DNA from: the human T2T-CHM13v2.0 reference genome, Homo sapiens
Strand: one strand, 5' to 3'
Assembly: GCF_009914755.1 (NCBI RefSeq)
Contig: NC_060944.1
DNA length: 64,000 nt
A program made the position numbers and the translations under genes. The notes under the pieces were generated by a model. The model had not been told where the DNA came from. It saw nothing but the letters and a program-made list of their open reading frames with translations, and did no database searches. Shown piece by piece: positions 43,201-58,872 of the stretch (positions are counted from its first letter, which is position 1; each line of letters opens with the position of its first letter).

Positions 43201-43821
43201 ATCTGTATTTTTGCAAATACTCTTGACCCCTTAGCTGACACCTACAAGATTACAAACTGACTGCTCTTTATCTTTACATTTTATTGGCTTTCCTTGACTT
43301 TGACATATCTCTGCCTAATCATTTAATGTATCAAAAATCTTCAGCATTTGCTCCTTTTGTTAGCAAGGCAAAGCTTTGGGATTGAAAAGTTGATCCCTGG
43401 TTCACAGTTACAGTTCCCTGATTGCACAGTTATTTTATTGCTATGATATGCATGTGTTTACAAGAAGCTCACTGGTAGTCTACAATCATATTCTACCCAA
43501 ACTACCCTTCAAACTCAATCTTTGTTCTTATTCAAGTTTAGGTAAATTCCTTCACCAGGGATTTTTAAATTCTTTAATATAATTATAAATTATCCTCACA
43601 CTCACTCACCAAACTATTGTTGTTTGTTGATTTTAATGTATACTAAAAATTCTGTTAAAATATTTTATTCCAATGAGATAATAAAGGTAGAGAAAATAAC
43701 CAAAAAGGTTATGGTTTAATTGACCTGTAGGGTATTAACTAGTCTGTATTCAATTTAGTAATATCTGTCTAGTTTGTGTTTTTGGTTTTTGGTTTATTTG
43801 CTTGGTTTTTGTTGACAAAAA

Positions 43822-43909
43822 TATACAAATACATACATACAAACACATACACATACAAACACATACATATATTTGTGTATATATACTTATATGTATATAT
43901 GTGTGTATA

Positions 43910-43981
<72 letters not shown>

Positions 43982-43985
43982 TATA
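43822..43985. repeat. Compound microsatellite: CA-rich / TG-rich / (TA)24
   Basis: Uninterrupted TA run at 43928-43975, preceded by a (TG)n run. Confidence 0.95.
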
Positions 43986-45075
43986 TAAAATCAGTGTCTC
44001 ATAGCCTCCTTTGACCTGGCTTTGACAACTTCCGGATTAAATAAAACTTGGATACACATTCTTTGCATGTTCCAAATTATACCTTGACCTTGATTATAAT
44101 ATCTTCATTTGAGTATGACAAATATATGAAGTGTACACCTTCACTTTTCTATCCTGTACCCAAGGCAGACATCAAAATTAATCACAGGCATGGTTCAGAA
44201 TCTTTCTCAACACAAGCACCCAGAAGACATTAACAATAAATGGAATTTGGAGCTAAAGTTAAAATCCATTTGTCATTTCTGCCCTATTGGCCTATGTTGT
44301 TGTTTTTTCTTGCTTTTAAAAGTTGCTGATCAAACCAAAGGATGTTTATTCTTGCATTTCATTCTTGTTCTTCTTTCATGTTCAATAAACCATTGTATTA
44401 GATTGCACAGTTATTTTATTGCTATGATATGCGTGTGTATACAAGAAGCATACACTTGCCAGTTTTCCATACCCTGTGACTCCCCCAGTATGCACACTCA
44501 TCCAGCAGTTACATTACTTTCCTTTCCTGGCCCCTGAAGATACTTGCATTTATTGCCTGTCTTTTAAGGAATTGTTATAGTTAGAGATTGGGTTGTGTGA
44601 AATTGCCTTTTGCATAGGTGGAAAACAGCAAATATTACAAATTTCATATCATTTGACCTAATCAGAACATAAGAATCAAACAAAATGCTGCTGTCTTTGG
44701 TGATCTTCCAGTTTCAAAACAATTTATTTTCTATTTTGAATCCCAATAATCATCCAAAAGAAGTAGTGATTTAGCACCCACTGTGCACAAAGCATCTAGT
44801 AGACACCAGGGACGACAAAGATACATGCACATTCAGCTTTTAAAGGTGCTCGTGCCTGGGTTTCAAGGGGTGAATGGCCTTATTTTCTATTAGACGGTGA
44901 GCTCTTTGAAGGCAGAGGCTGTGTTTTACTGTGCTTTATTTTTCTGTGCATTTATCGTATGGTAGATGTTCAATAAACCTTTGTGAAATTAGTGAAAGGA
45001 AAAGAGATAGGGGAGAAGGAAAGGAAATAGAGAGAAAGGGAGAAATAGAGATTCTGGTGTGAAAAGCACGTGCCC

Positions 45076-45292
45076 AGGCCCAGCTCAGCGGCTCACGCCT
45101 GTAACCTCAGGACTTTGGGAGGCTGTGGTGGGAGGATCGCTTGAGTACAGGTGTTCAAGACCAGCCTGGGGAACATAGGAAGACCCCTGTCTCTACACAG
45201 AGAAAAAAAATTACCTGGGCATGGTGGTGCATGCCTATGGTCCCAGCTACTCGGGAGGCTGAGGCAGGAGGATTGCCCGAGCCCAGGAGGAA
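45076..45292 (+). mobile_element. AluJ, 3'-truncated
   Basis: Alu sequence stops after gagcccaggagg; no tail. Confidence 0.88.
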
Positions 45293-45529
45293 GGTTTTTC
45301 TTTTGCGAAACAGCTCCTCTCATCAAAAGAGCCAAAACAAACTTTCCTTCTTATTTTTTATTCTTGGACAATAGTAAAAGCAATTTAGCTATTGAGTTTC
45401 CAGAACTTGGGAAAAGCAGTCATCGGTCACCTTGAGAAATGTATTGAATGTGAAAAGATTTTTACTGTGGTAAATAATCAGTGCTAGCTTTGCCATTTAC
45501 AAATGGCACATCTCTTAGCAATCAAGAAT

Positions 45530-46505
45530 AAATAATGTTTAAATCAGTAAAAATTAGAATTGTTAAATGTTGTCATTTTACTGATAGGTTTGGCAGTAGG
45601 GGAGAAGAGAAGGAAAACAGATACTTTTATATAACATTGGTGAAAGTCAATTGCTAGGACTTTAACAGAAAGAAAATTGGTTATGTGTATTAAAATCCTC
45701 AAAAGTATGCGAAGTCTTTGAATCAGAAATTCTATTTCTGGGAATTCATCCTGAAGAAATAATTAAGTATTTATACAAAGATGTAACCATCAGAGCAGTC
45801 AATGCAATGTCATTTATACTAGTGAAAAAATTAGAAACAACTTTAATGATCAATGATAATAGAATATTATTTCATATTATACTGCTATATTTTATGATAT
45901 AAAAATATAGATAGTTGCATATTTTATGCTATAGTTAAATATCCGCATAGAATTTATTTTTACATTAAAAATGTTCATAATATATTGCTCAGTTAATACA
46001 AAGGTTACTAAATTATATATATAATTATATGTATGTGTGTATATGCATGATTACAGCTTCATAAAAGAATTATACACACACACGGGTATTTTTCTGGGAG
46101 GATACACACCAATGTTTTAGCAGTAGTTATCTCTGAAAGAAAAGTTAGGGATGTTCAAAACAAGTTTTATTTTTTCTCTCTGTTTATCTCATTTCCCAAT
46201 TTTTCTTTAATGAACATATTCCACTTTTATAGTAATAAAAACTGTTTCAACAAGAAAAAAAAAAAGAAATGCTACCCTCCGACATTTGTTGGCAACATAT
46301 TTACTACCCGCAAATATGTTGTTTGAAGCTTTGATTGTCAAGATTGAAGAAACAAATTGTAGTGATAGACCAAAATACTTAAGATGATCCTATGTATCTA
46401 TGAAGATTATGACAAAAAATTGTCTCAATACGTGTATCAAAACATCCAGTTGTACACCTTAAATATGTAGTTTTTTAAATTATACCTCAATAAAGTTGAC
46501 AAAAG
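45530..46505 (+). mobile_element. Old L1M 3' fragments
   Basis: ttctatttctgggaattcatcctgaagaaataat; cagtagttatctctg; tgtacaccttaaatat...tatacctcaataaag. Confidence 0.65.
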
Positions 46506-46644
46506 AATTTTGTCAATATTTAGTATTAGTCAACTCAGAAAGGTTACAACATAGAAAAATTTCTAAATAGAATCTGAGTAAACTAAATTACCTGTGTCAT
46601 ATTTCTGCCATCTGAAGTAAAATAATTCTTAATATGAGATTTAA

Positions 46645-47042
<398 letters not shown>

Positions 47043-47068
47043 CCAAAAACACTTTAACATTATTTTAA

Positions 47069-47419
<351 letters not shown>

Positions 47420-47749
47420 TAACATACATTAATAAGAAAAAAAATTGAAAAATTACCCCAAATTCTATTACACAGAGATAAGCACTGATAACATTTTAGT
47501 GCCGATCCATAAAGTTAATACCAGTCTTATATTGGAAAACAGGAGGTTGGTGTTTATTTAAATCCTCTGAAAATTTGGTGGGGCTCATGTAACTACATGT
47601 TTTCTCTATTGTCTGTGACATTTGGAAATAATTGTAGTGAAACAGAATAATCCTACACTCTTATTTATCCATACTAAAATGTCTTCTACCTTGGACACTA
47701 CAAGATATTTCTGGAAAAAAAAAAAAAAGAGGCGACTTGACACCCATAA

Positions 47750-48052
<303 letters not shown>

Positions 48053-48278
48053 TGAGAACTCTGGGGTTCCACCACTAAAGCCTCCCGCCTCCCATAAGCA
48101 GTCATGTCCACATGTGTATGAAGCAATAGCATCATTTCTCCACAGCCTAAGTTTTTAAGTCTTCTAAAATGCAACCGGCTGACATTTTCAGATCAATGGG
48201 ATTTTTGTGTAACTGAACTCATTCTTCAGTGTACTTGAAGCCATGTCCAGTCCTACCCGGTTCTCTGGGCTGTGTTCA

Positions 48279-48612
<334 letters not shown>

Positions 48613-48759
48613 ATTAAGTAATTGCTTTTTGTTCAAGGTAGGACAGGGCTTTAGACAAAAACAAATTGACCTGTGAATGACAACTTATACTTTATTGTAA
48701 ATATTATAATAAAGTAGGATAAAACATCAATGTGTTTCTAATCTGATCTTAAATTAAGC

Positions 48760-49095
48760 CTTGACCTATTTGGCAGTCTGGTGAAGTGTATGCACCCTTC
48801 TCAGAATGCTAAATGCATAAATTAAGTACCTAGAATTAAAGAGGAAATAAATTTCATTGAAATATTTTTATAAAATGTTATGATATATAACCTTGTGTAT
48901 CTCAGTATTAACACAATTTAAATAAGTATAAGTAAAATGTTGTGATAATTTGCAACAATTGGAATATAATACACAGATCTTGCTAGTGACTTGTAAACTA
49001 CATACTTAACTGAAGAGAATGTTAAATTTTGTGTAGAGGTTAAAATTAAAACTGTAACCATTCTTTCTCATCCAAGTTCAAGGAGGTTCACGGAA
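48760..49095. mobile_element. Probable hAT-Charlie-type DNA transposon relic
   Basis: tttggcagtctggtgaag...cccttctcagaat...aaatgcataaa resembles a recalled MER/Charlie consensus. Confidence 0.4.
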
Positions 49096-49877
49096 TATCA
49101 CTTTAACAGTCTAGATCTTTGACATGATAAAATTCAAAGAAGTATAATTTTTAAAATCTGAGCACATTATAGAATCTTACATTTATCCTATATTTAGGAC
49201 CACAAAACTCAAAAATACTTAAATATATGTCCGGTTGAATTTTGGGTATTGTGTGTGATTTTGTTTAAGTGGAAGTCACAATATAGAGTAGATTTTTTAC
49301 GAATAATCTTTTGAGTCCAAAATACCTTCCAACTGATATATTTATATTCATTACATTCTATTTTATTTGTCATATAATAAATGAGTCAGTAATACCAAAA
49401 TGATTGAATGACAAGACTGATTGGATATACATTTTATTTTTTCACCTTCTTTCAGAGTATATTAATTTTTCCCTTTCTGACTATCACTAGGGTTTTCAGA
49501 TTTTATGTATGTTCATTCAATCGCGGCTGCCATTCTCCTTTTGAGAGACCAAATTGTCTCAACTTTGGTTAGTAGGAGACATTTTTAGGCTATCATCTGT
49601 GTCCTCTTGACATGACCTATTAATCTTTGAAAGTGTTCTGGCACATAGAGATCTTCCAGACTCACCTTATTCCTTTCTGCTCCAGAGATGGAAACAGACT
49701 ATTCTCCAGTGAGCCCTGGTTCTTTTTGATGGGAAAGAAAAAGTATGAGTAACAGCAATTTGGACCCTGAACATTGCCTGGACTGTTTCAGTGAACAAAG
49801 GAAGAAAAGATAATTTTTTTTTGTCTTTTTAAGGCACGAGTTCACATAAATATTTCTACTTCTACCTACCAATTTAA

Positions 49878-50185
49878 ATTATTATTATTATTATTATTAT
49901 TCTTGAGACAGGGCCTCACTCTGTTGCCCAGGCTGGAGCACAGTGGCATGATGATAGCTCATTGTAGTCCTGATCTCCTGGGCTCAAGCAATCCTCCCAC
50001 CTCAGCCTTCTGAGTAGCTGAAACTACAGGCACGTGCCACCACACCTGGCTAATTTTTTATTTCTTGTAAAGACAAGGTCTCACTATGTTGCCCAGGCTG
50101 GACTCAGACTCCTGAGCTCAAGCAATCCTTCTGCCTCAGCCTCCCAAAGTCCTGGGATTAACGACATGAGCCACTGTGCCTGTCC
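49878..50185 (-). mobile_element. AluJ with (TTA)n tail
   Basis: Reversed AluJ; TSD CCAATTTAAATTATT. Confidence 0.93.
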
Positions 50186-50199
50186 CCAATTTAAATTAT

Positions 50200-52398
50200 T
50201 TTTTTAAATTATTTTTCCATAAGTTATAAGGGTATAGGTGGTATTTGGTTACATGAGTAAGTTCTTTAGTGGAGATTTGTAAGATGAGATCCTGGTGCAC
50301 CCATCACCCGAGCAGTATACACTGAACCATATTGGTTGTCTTTTATCCCTCACCCCCTGCCCCAAGTCCCCAAAGTCTATTATATCATTCTTATGCCTTT
50401 GCGTCCTCATAGCTTAGCTCCCACATATCAGAGAGAACATACGATGTTTGGTTTTCCATTCCTGAGTTACTTCACTTAGAAAAATCGTCTCTAATCTCAT
50501 CCAAGTCATTGGAAATGCTGTTAATTCATTCCTTTTTGTGGATGAGTAGTGTTCTATCATGTATACATACCACAGTTTCTATATCCACTCATTGACTGAT
50601 GGGCATTTCAGTTGGTTCCACGATTTTGCTATTGTGAATTGTGCTGCTGTAAACATGCGTGTACAAGTATCTTTTTCAAATAGTGACTTATTTTCCTCTG
50701 GGTAGATACCCATTAGTGGGACGGCTGGATCAAATGGTAGTTCTACTTTTAGTTCTTTAAGGAATCTCCACACTGTTTTCCATAGTGGCTGTACTAGTTT
50801 ACATTCCCACCAGCAGTGTAGAAGTGTTCCCTGATTGCTGCATCCATGCCAACTTCTACTGTTTTTTGATTCTTGGATTATGGCCATTGTTGCAAGAGTG
50901 AGGTGGTATCGCATTGTGGTTTTGATTTGCATTTCCCTGATCACTAGTGATGTTGAGCATTTTTTCATATGTGTGTTGGTCATTTGTACATCTTCTTTTG
51001 AGAGTTGTCTATTCATGTCCTTAGCCCACTTTTTGATGGAATTGATTGTTTTCTCCTTGCTGATTTGTTTGAGTTCATTGTAGATTCTGGATATTAGTCC
51101 TTTGTCAGATGTATAGATTGTGAATATTTTCTCCCACTCTGTGGGTTGTCTGTTTATTCTGCTGACTGTTCCTTTTGCTGTGCAAAAGCTCTTTAGTTTA
51201 ATTAGGTCCCAGCCATGTATCTTTGTTTTTATGCAATTGCTTTTACCCAAAAGCAATTTTTGGTCATGAAATCCTTGCCTAAGCCAATGTCTAGAAGGGT
51301 TTTTCTAATGTTATCTTCTAGAATTTTTATAGTTTCAGGTCTTAGATTTAGGTCCTTAATCCATCTTGAGTTGATTTTTGTATAAGGTGAGAGATGAGGA
51401 TCCAGTTTCATTTTCCTACATGTGGCTAGCCAATTACCCCAGCACACTTTGTTGAAAAGGGTGTTTTTCCCCCACTTTATGTTTTTGTTTGCTTTGTCAA
51501 AGATCAGTTGGCTATAAGTATTTGGGTTTATTTCTGGGTTCTCTATTCTGTCCCATTGTTCTGTGTGCCTATTTTTATGCCAGTACCATACTGTTTTGGT
51601 GACTATGCCCTTAGAGTATAGTTTGAAATCAGGTAGTGTGATGCTTCCAGATTTGTTCTTTTTGCTTAGTCTTGCTTTGGCTATGCGGGCTATTTTTTGG
51701 TTCCATATGAATTTTAGAATTGTTTTTTCTAACTCTGTGAAGAATGATGGTGGTATTTTGATGGAGATTGCATTGAATTTGTAGATTGCTTTTGGCAGTG
51801 TGGCCATTCTCACAATATTGATTCTACCCATCCATGAGCATGGGATGTGTTTTCATTTGTTTGTCATCTATGATTTATTTCAGCAGTGTTTTGTAGTTTT
51901 CCTTGTAGAAGCCTTTTGACTCCTTTTTTAGGTATATTCCTCAGTATTTTTTTTTTTTTGCAGCTATTGTAAAAGGGTTGAGTTCTTGATTTGATTATCT
52001 GCTTGGTCACTGTTGGTGTATAAAAGAGCTACTGATTTGAATATATTAATCTTGTATCTGCAAACTTTGCTGAATTCTCTTATCTGTTCTAGGAGCTTTC
52101 TAGAGGCGTCCTTAGGATTTTCAAGGTAAACAATCATATCGTCAGCAGTCAGGGACAGTTTGACTTCCTCTTCACTGATTTGGATGCCCTTTATTTCTTT
52201 CTCTTGTCTGATTGCTCTGGCCAAGACTTCCAGTACTATGATGAAGAAGGGTGGTGAGAGTGGGCATCCTTGTTTTGCTCCCGTTCTCAGGAAGAATGCT
52301 TTCAGCTTTTCCCCATTCAGTATTAAGTTGGCTGTGGGTTTGTCATAGGTGGCTTTTAATTCATTAAGGTGTGTCCCTTGTATGCCAATTTTGCTGAG
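50200..52398 (-). mobile_element. 5'-truncated L1 (L1PB1-like); 3' UTR plus ORF2 C-terminal part, frameshifted
   Basis: ORFs 51964..52224, 51229..51831 and 50579..51256 are L1 ORF2 pieces ([10 protein letters not shown] motif, [14 protein letters not shown]); L1PB-type 3' UTR. Confidence 0.93.
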
Positions 52399-52753
52399 CT
52401 GTGCTCTTTTTAGTAATCTTGATACCTAACAGATTATACATACTAACTCATTTGCTTTACTGAAAACCTTATAATAGTATTAAGAAAATTTTCAATATTA
52501 ATACAGATAATAAAACTACAAAATGTAGTTCAAATTTGTGTATGCAGTTTTTAAATTACATTTCACTAAAAATTTACAATCAAATTAATTTCTTCTTCTA
52601 AATTAATTTCTTCTGAAGTCATTCATATGCCCTTCCTATGTATAACTTGGTAAACACAGATGTGGTAAAAAATTTGGCTCCATTGTGTCAGGTTAGTTTA
52701 AATTTGAGGGTGTTGGCATATTAACAGCTAATCAGACTAAAAAGATGATGTGA

Positions 52754-53120
<367 letters not shown>

Positions 53121-53382
53121 GTCTCCAAATTTCTGTACAATGGTTTTGTATCAACACCATCTGATTCATATACCTCGTTTCTGGTCAATTATCTCTTCAA
53201 TTATTTAATTTCTAGTACTGTTAGAATCCATATATTTTCAAATACTCAGTTTTTAAAACTATATTAACTATGTTAAATTGTATTCTCATCTAAGGGGTTT
53301 TGTTTTTGCTGTTTTTTTTTTTTTATCTTGCTCCCTTTTCTGAGCTCTGTATTATTATACCAAGGTTTGCATTAGATAAATC

Positions 53383-54100
53383 CGTAACCACCCAACTGGG
53401 TTCTTCTTGCCTGCTGCCTAGAAAAAGCCAATACACTGAGAACAGCAGGTGTTACAGCAGAGAAAGTTTACTTATTGCAAGGCAGTGGAGCAGAAGGATG
53501 GGACATATTTCTCAAATCAGTCTCTCTGATAATCCAGAAGCTAGGATTTTTCAAGGATAGTTAGGCAGCAGGGGGTTGGGAAGTGGTTAGGGAATGGGGA
53601 ATGCTGATTGGTGGGTCAGGAAAGAAATGACATGGGAGTCAAAGCTGTCTTCTTGGACTGAGACAGTCCCTGGGAGAAGTTAAGTCTGTTTCTTGGCATG
53701 GGTCACAGGATGGGTGGCAGTAGTTGGTCCATGAGAATTCAAGGCCTGAAAAATACCTTAAACACCAGTCTTAGGTTTTATAATAGTGATGTTATATATA
53801 GGAGCAATTAGGGAGTTTACGAATCTTGTGACTTCAGTCCTAAACCATAATTCCAACCTTGTGGTTAATTTGTTAGTCTTACAAAAGTTGTTTTGGTCCC
53901 CAGGAAAGGAGGGGATTAGTTTTGGAAAGGGACTGTTATCATCTTTGTTTTAAAATCAAACTATATACTAATTTCCTCCCATAGTTATCTTGGCCTGTAC
54001 TCAGGAATGAGCAAGGACAGTTAGTTTGTGAGGTTAGAAGCAAGATGGAGTCAGCTATGTCAGATTTCTCTCACTGTCATGATTTTTGCAAAGGCAGTCA
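53383..54100 (-). mobile_element. ERV1 solo LTR, LTR8-family
   Basis: Reverse complement begins tgactgcctttgcaaaaatcatgacagtgagagaaatctgacatagctgactccatcttgcttctaacctc; 4-bp TSD AATC. Confidence 0.85.
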
Positions 54101-55689
54101 AATCTACATTCTCACAGTATTACCTTGCCCCAGTACCAGCCATTTATTTTCCTGCAAGGAAATTAAGGAGAATTCCATATAATTAGAAACAAAACTATAT
54201 AAAAATATAAATACAGGCTCTTGAAGTTTTGCCTGAAATGCTGTTTTGACTCATGGGTCAAAATTTGGTTTTACTTCACATATTATTGGTAGAATCATTG
54301 TTTTAATTACAGATGAAACTAATGTAGAAGTCCTGTTTCTCAGAAGCCTTTGGATAAACTCAAATTTCTATGATATAAACATTCAAGCTACCCCAAATCA
54401 ATTAAGAATGTTATAAAATAAAAATATAACCAATGCCTAATCCAATTGAATCCTATTAAATTTTTAAATTAATATCTAGAAAATAATTTAGTTTTTATAC
54501 TTTACAGCCATTTTCAGAACAAGTAAAAACTGTATTTATAGAAACATTATTTCATATAAAGAGTGGTGGAAAAAAGAAAGTTTTCCTATTTAAATGAGTT
54601 TAAGAAATGCTAGGTGCAAAGGAAGGTTAGCACCTACCGTAATGTGTTTTGAATATAAAATAAAAGGATCAGAGTCTCACAGTCATCAACTCTTCATCCT
54701 CCTTGTCACCACCCAACTTATTTTCTTGGAGCATTTTAAGGACTAATATTCCTGAAAAATGCTATCTAAATCCAAATAGGAAGAATTTCAATATTCAGGA
54801 TATTTTCTTTGAGCATCCAAAGGGACTGTAAAAATTAAATATACAGAATGAAACCAATCAGTTTAGCAATGCATTATTATTATGTCTATTTCTCTGCTCA
54901 TTATTGCCCCTTTGTTGAATATCAAGATGCCCAGAAGTAAAAATAAATTGTATCATTGAGAGAAATAGATGCACTGAATGAGTGGTTTTTAATTATCATG
55001 GTCACTTTTTGGATTTGGGGTGATTTTGGCAGTACCCTCAGTACTGATTATGTTTTAAATTATTGCTTTTCCTTGAGGAATCTGCCCTATGACTCAAGAA
55101 AAAGAAATCTTCCTAGGAAGAAACACTATGCAGTAAATACAACCTATACTTGTGCACCTCTTCATAAACCTTCCCATACTCCCAACTATTTGGGAGATAA
55201 TGGCTTCAGAAACACTGGAAAGGCAAAGCAATCTATCTCCGGACAGCTAATATCTTCATTCAGATAAGAAAGAAACCATTAGATTTGAGGGTTTTGCTAT
55301 CCCCAATAATCTGATGAATTAAATTATCTGACTGAATGTTTCTGATAATTATTCAACTCCTCTCCTCATGTATAAGTTCTTGGCTGAAGAAAAGTTCTAA
55401 AAATGATTTAAGACCTAGCTGTACCCTTGCCAGTCATCTGCTACAAACCCAGACTTTGAGCACCCCTCCTCTCTTTCCCATCTCTCCCACTCATTTAGCC
55501 CTTAGCATATGCAACGTTTTATCATTTGTTTTTGCTTTAGAGCACACACAGACCTAAAAAGTCAGGTGGTAGAATGAAAAGAAGATGAGCTTAGGAAATA
55601 AACAGGGCCCAGTTTAAAATGGCCTTTAAGTAAATGACATACTTAACTCATTTGAGCCTTGGTTTGTTTGTAAAATGGAGATAAATTAA

Positions 55690-56250
55690 AACAGCCAGGG
55701 TTCTTGTGGCTGAAAGTAATAGGATGCTATTATTTAATGGCTTAAAGATTTAAGCAGTGTATTCCCACACACAGCAAGGCACCCAGGAGCAGAGTGGTTG
55801 AGGATTGGTTAAATCAGGAATTCATTAATATCATGGAAGACCCAGGTGGTTTCTGTCTTTTTGGTCTCCTTATGGTTTCAAGATGACTGTGTACCCTAAG
55901 CATTACCTCCCTATGAACCAAGATCCACAAAGGACATGGCGAAAGTTCTTGTGACCCTTCTAAGAGTGAAGAAAATGTTCCTAGAGGTTCCCTGACAGCC
56001 CCCCACCTCCATCCCCTCAATCTGGTAGGCATTCTTTATGCCATGTTATATATAGCTCAGAGTCACACCACACATCAATGCCCACAGTAATTGCTAACAT
56101 GGGCCATAGAACTACCATGACTGACTGAGAAGAATCAAGATTTACCCCAAGGCTGCAGAGAAGACCCTGAAGCATATCAGAACCTAGATAAAATATTTTA
56201 CTGGCAAGGAAAAAGAGAAAGAAGAGACAGAAAGGGCAACCAGAAGTGTA
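55690..56250 (-). mobile_element. Old MaLR LTR (MLT1-type), preceded by a MIR piece (about 55570-55685)
   Basis: gggttcttgtggctgaaagtaatagg...caagatgactgtg...taccatgactgactgagaagaatcaagatttacccc. Confidence 0.45.
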
Positions 56251-58580
56251 AGAATGGGAAGAAATTTATGTTTACCTCCCTACCTGGATGGTAAGGGTAA
56301 AGGAATATGTCTCATACCACTTTCATATCCCCAGTAACCAGTATTTTGCCTCCCACAGAAAATGTTTTGGGGAATATGTACAAACACATAATGGTGAAGC
56401 TCCAATAATCAGTAAAGTATATACTTGAAGTCGTTTTCTTAAGAGTGGAAATGACTTTAGGCTCTTACATAGACACTTTGTCTCCTAAGCCATCTCATGG
56501 CAACTGCTCTGTGTTCAAGAGAGCACCATGGTTTCACTGGGGCAGCAGGCAGATACCATGTAATTGAGAAATCAGATCAAACAGATGCATCTAGAGAGGG
56601 TCAAGACAAATAATACATTCTCTGCATTTTGGACAGTTTCCTCAGGTGTAGCCATGAGATTATATGCCCTGAATGGCTGTCATAGCATTGAAAGCAAGGA
56701 AATGTAGTCCTCATCTCCATCTGTTGAAGGGGACAATAACTATTGAAGAAGGCCACTGAATTAACAAATATATCACATTCTGGAAACTTCTTACCCTGGA
56801 GGTTGAAGGGAAGACAATAATGATAAATATGAAAACAGGCAATTAATCATCAGCCACTGCAAGATGAAAAATTCTTCAGAAGTTTGTGTTAATGGAGGAA
56901 TTGCTATTTTTGATCTTCTGGTTTTTTCTATCCCCAGATGCCTTGGGTAATCTGAGACAAAGCTCAAGGGAATGTAACCAGCCACCCAAAATGAATGCAG
57001 TCAAGTGAGAAGTTGCAGAGCTGTGACTTGGGGCAGTATTATGAATTACTCTGAGAAGGAGCTTCAGCTCCCAAGTTCAATCATGGACTTGGAATGTATT
57101 CCAGAGGATGTTCAGAGCCAGGGAGAGATGATGTCAAATACTAGTTTCAGAAATACCAAAGGTTGAATGACTCATGACCTATCACTAATCTCAACCTTCA
57201 GCGATCCGCTAGCCCCAGAAGCTATATTTATTCAATATATTCAAATGGAAATATAATGGGTAGATGAGATGTAATAATGAGTTAAGAATTTTAGGGAACA
57301 AAAATAAATCAGCTTTGAGGCTTAAGGCAGAAAAGAGAGTAACAGAGAATATGAATACATGTGTTTGAAAAATATTTCCATAAATGAAGTAAAACATACA
57401 GGGAACCTAATATGCATTCCAAGGAATAGGATAATTATGGATAAATGTGGGTTTTCTCAAAGTATGCTTTCTTTGGGAGGGTTCCATTTCTAATAAAAAG
57501 TATTCATTTTAAGAATGAACAATGAGTTTACCTTGGAGGGATTCTGTTGGTCTTAGGTGGACAATAAACTCTTTCTCTTTTTTATTCTTCAGTTTTTTTC
57601 CCCACATTCCTTTGCATCTCACAAACCCAACCTCATGCCTTACCATGGTTTTCAAAACATTAACTGATCAACATTCAAAAAATACATCAAATTCCTTCTC
57701 ATTGTTCTTTGATTAAAAATATTCACAAGAAAATCTAAGGAAATGTTTCTCAAAACTTTGAACCTCTTATTACAGAATGCTCTAGTGTCTGTTAGGTATT
57801 TATCTACTTTGATACACTGTTAAATCTGATTAAATTCTTCACACTATCCTTACTAAAGTTAGTAACATTCAACTAGTATTAATGAAATTGATTCAGAAAT
57901 TGTACAATATGTAATTGTGTTGATATAGTCAGTGATGTGCGTAAACAATTCTCTAAACAGTACACACAAAAATCTGCTCTATTCTTTAATACCGGTGCAA
58001 TTTTCTGCAGGAGCAAGCATTTTAAATTAAATAACCTGATAATATTTGAATTATTCACTTCCTTTAGCTATAGTAGCTCCTCTTTAAGTTTAGAAATAAC
58101 ATATAAATGTTTGTCTTTTCCCCTTTACTCCCACTGTCCCCTTGTCCCTAATGCAGAAAAGACCTTTGTAAATCTTTGCCATGACAATGTACTTTGAAAA
58201 GGCAATTAGGAATGGCAATTTGATTATCCAGCATCAGGAAGTTTCTAGATCATTTTGTCAGCATTTCTGCTTTTCCAAATGCATCTTTGTGTTGAAAACA
58301 TCCCATTTTTCCAGTAGAGAAAAGTTATTATGCAGACCCACTTAATCAGCCTTTCAGTGCATTTACCAGGGCTCTATAGAACTCAAAAATGTCATCCTTT
58401 TGTTATGCTGGTGGTTGAGTATTATGACATGCATATAAAAATAAAATTAAGCTAGTAGGCTTAATCCCATTTTCTTTGTCCTGTGTGTCTCCACGGGGCA
58501 CATCTTGTCCATGTCAAAGTCATTTTAACAGTTTGCATCAATATGCCATCTTTTAACTGGCTATTTAAAAAAATGATGGT

Positions 58581-58872
58581 AGGCCAAATGTGGTGGTTTA
58601 TACCTGTAATCTCAGCACTTCCTGAGGCAGAGGCAGGAGGATCGGTTGAGCCCAGGAGTTTGAGACCAACCTGGGCAACATAAGGAGACTCTGTCTCTAA
58701 ACAAAATACAAAAATTAGTTGAGCATGCTCGTGCACATCTGTGGTCCCAGTTACTTAGGAGGCTTAGGAAGCAGGATGACTTGAGCCTAGTGGGTTGAAG
58801 CTTCAGTGAGCTATGATCACACCACTGCACTCTAGCCTCGGTGACAGAGTGAGATCCCATTTCAAAGAAAAA
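58581..58872 (+). mobile_element. AluJ
   Basis: ggatcggttgagcccaggagtttgagacc...gagctatgatcacaccactgcactc. Confidence 0.92.

Noticed and set aside
50579-52224. Reverse-transcriptase-like ORFs as a novel RT system
   Set aside because: Ordinary 5'-truncated, frameshifted L1 ORF2 relic.
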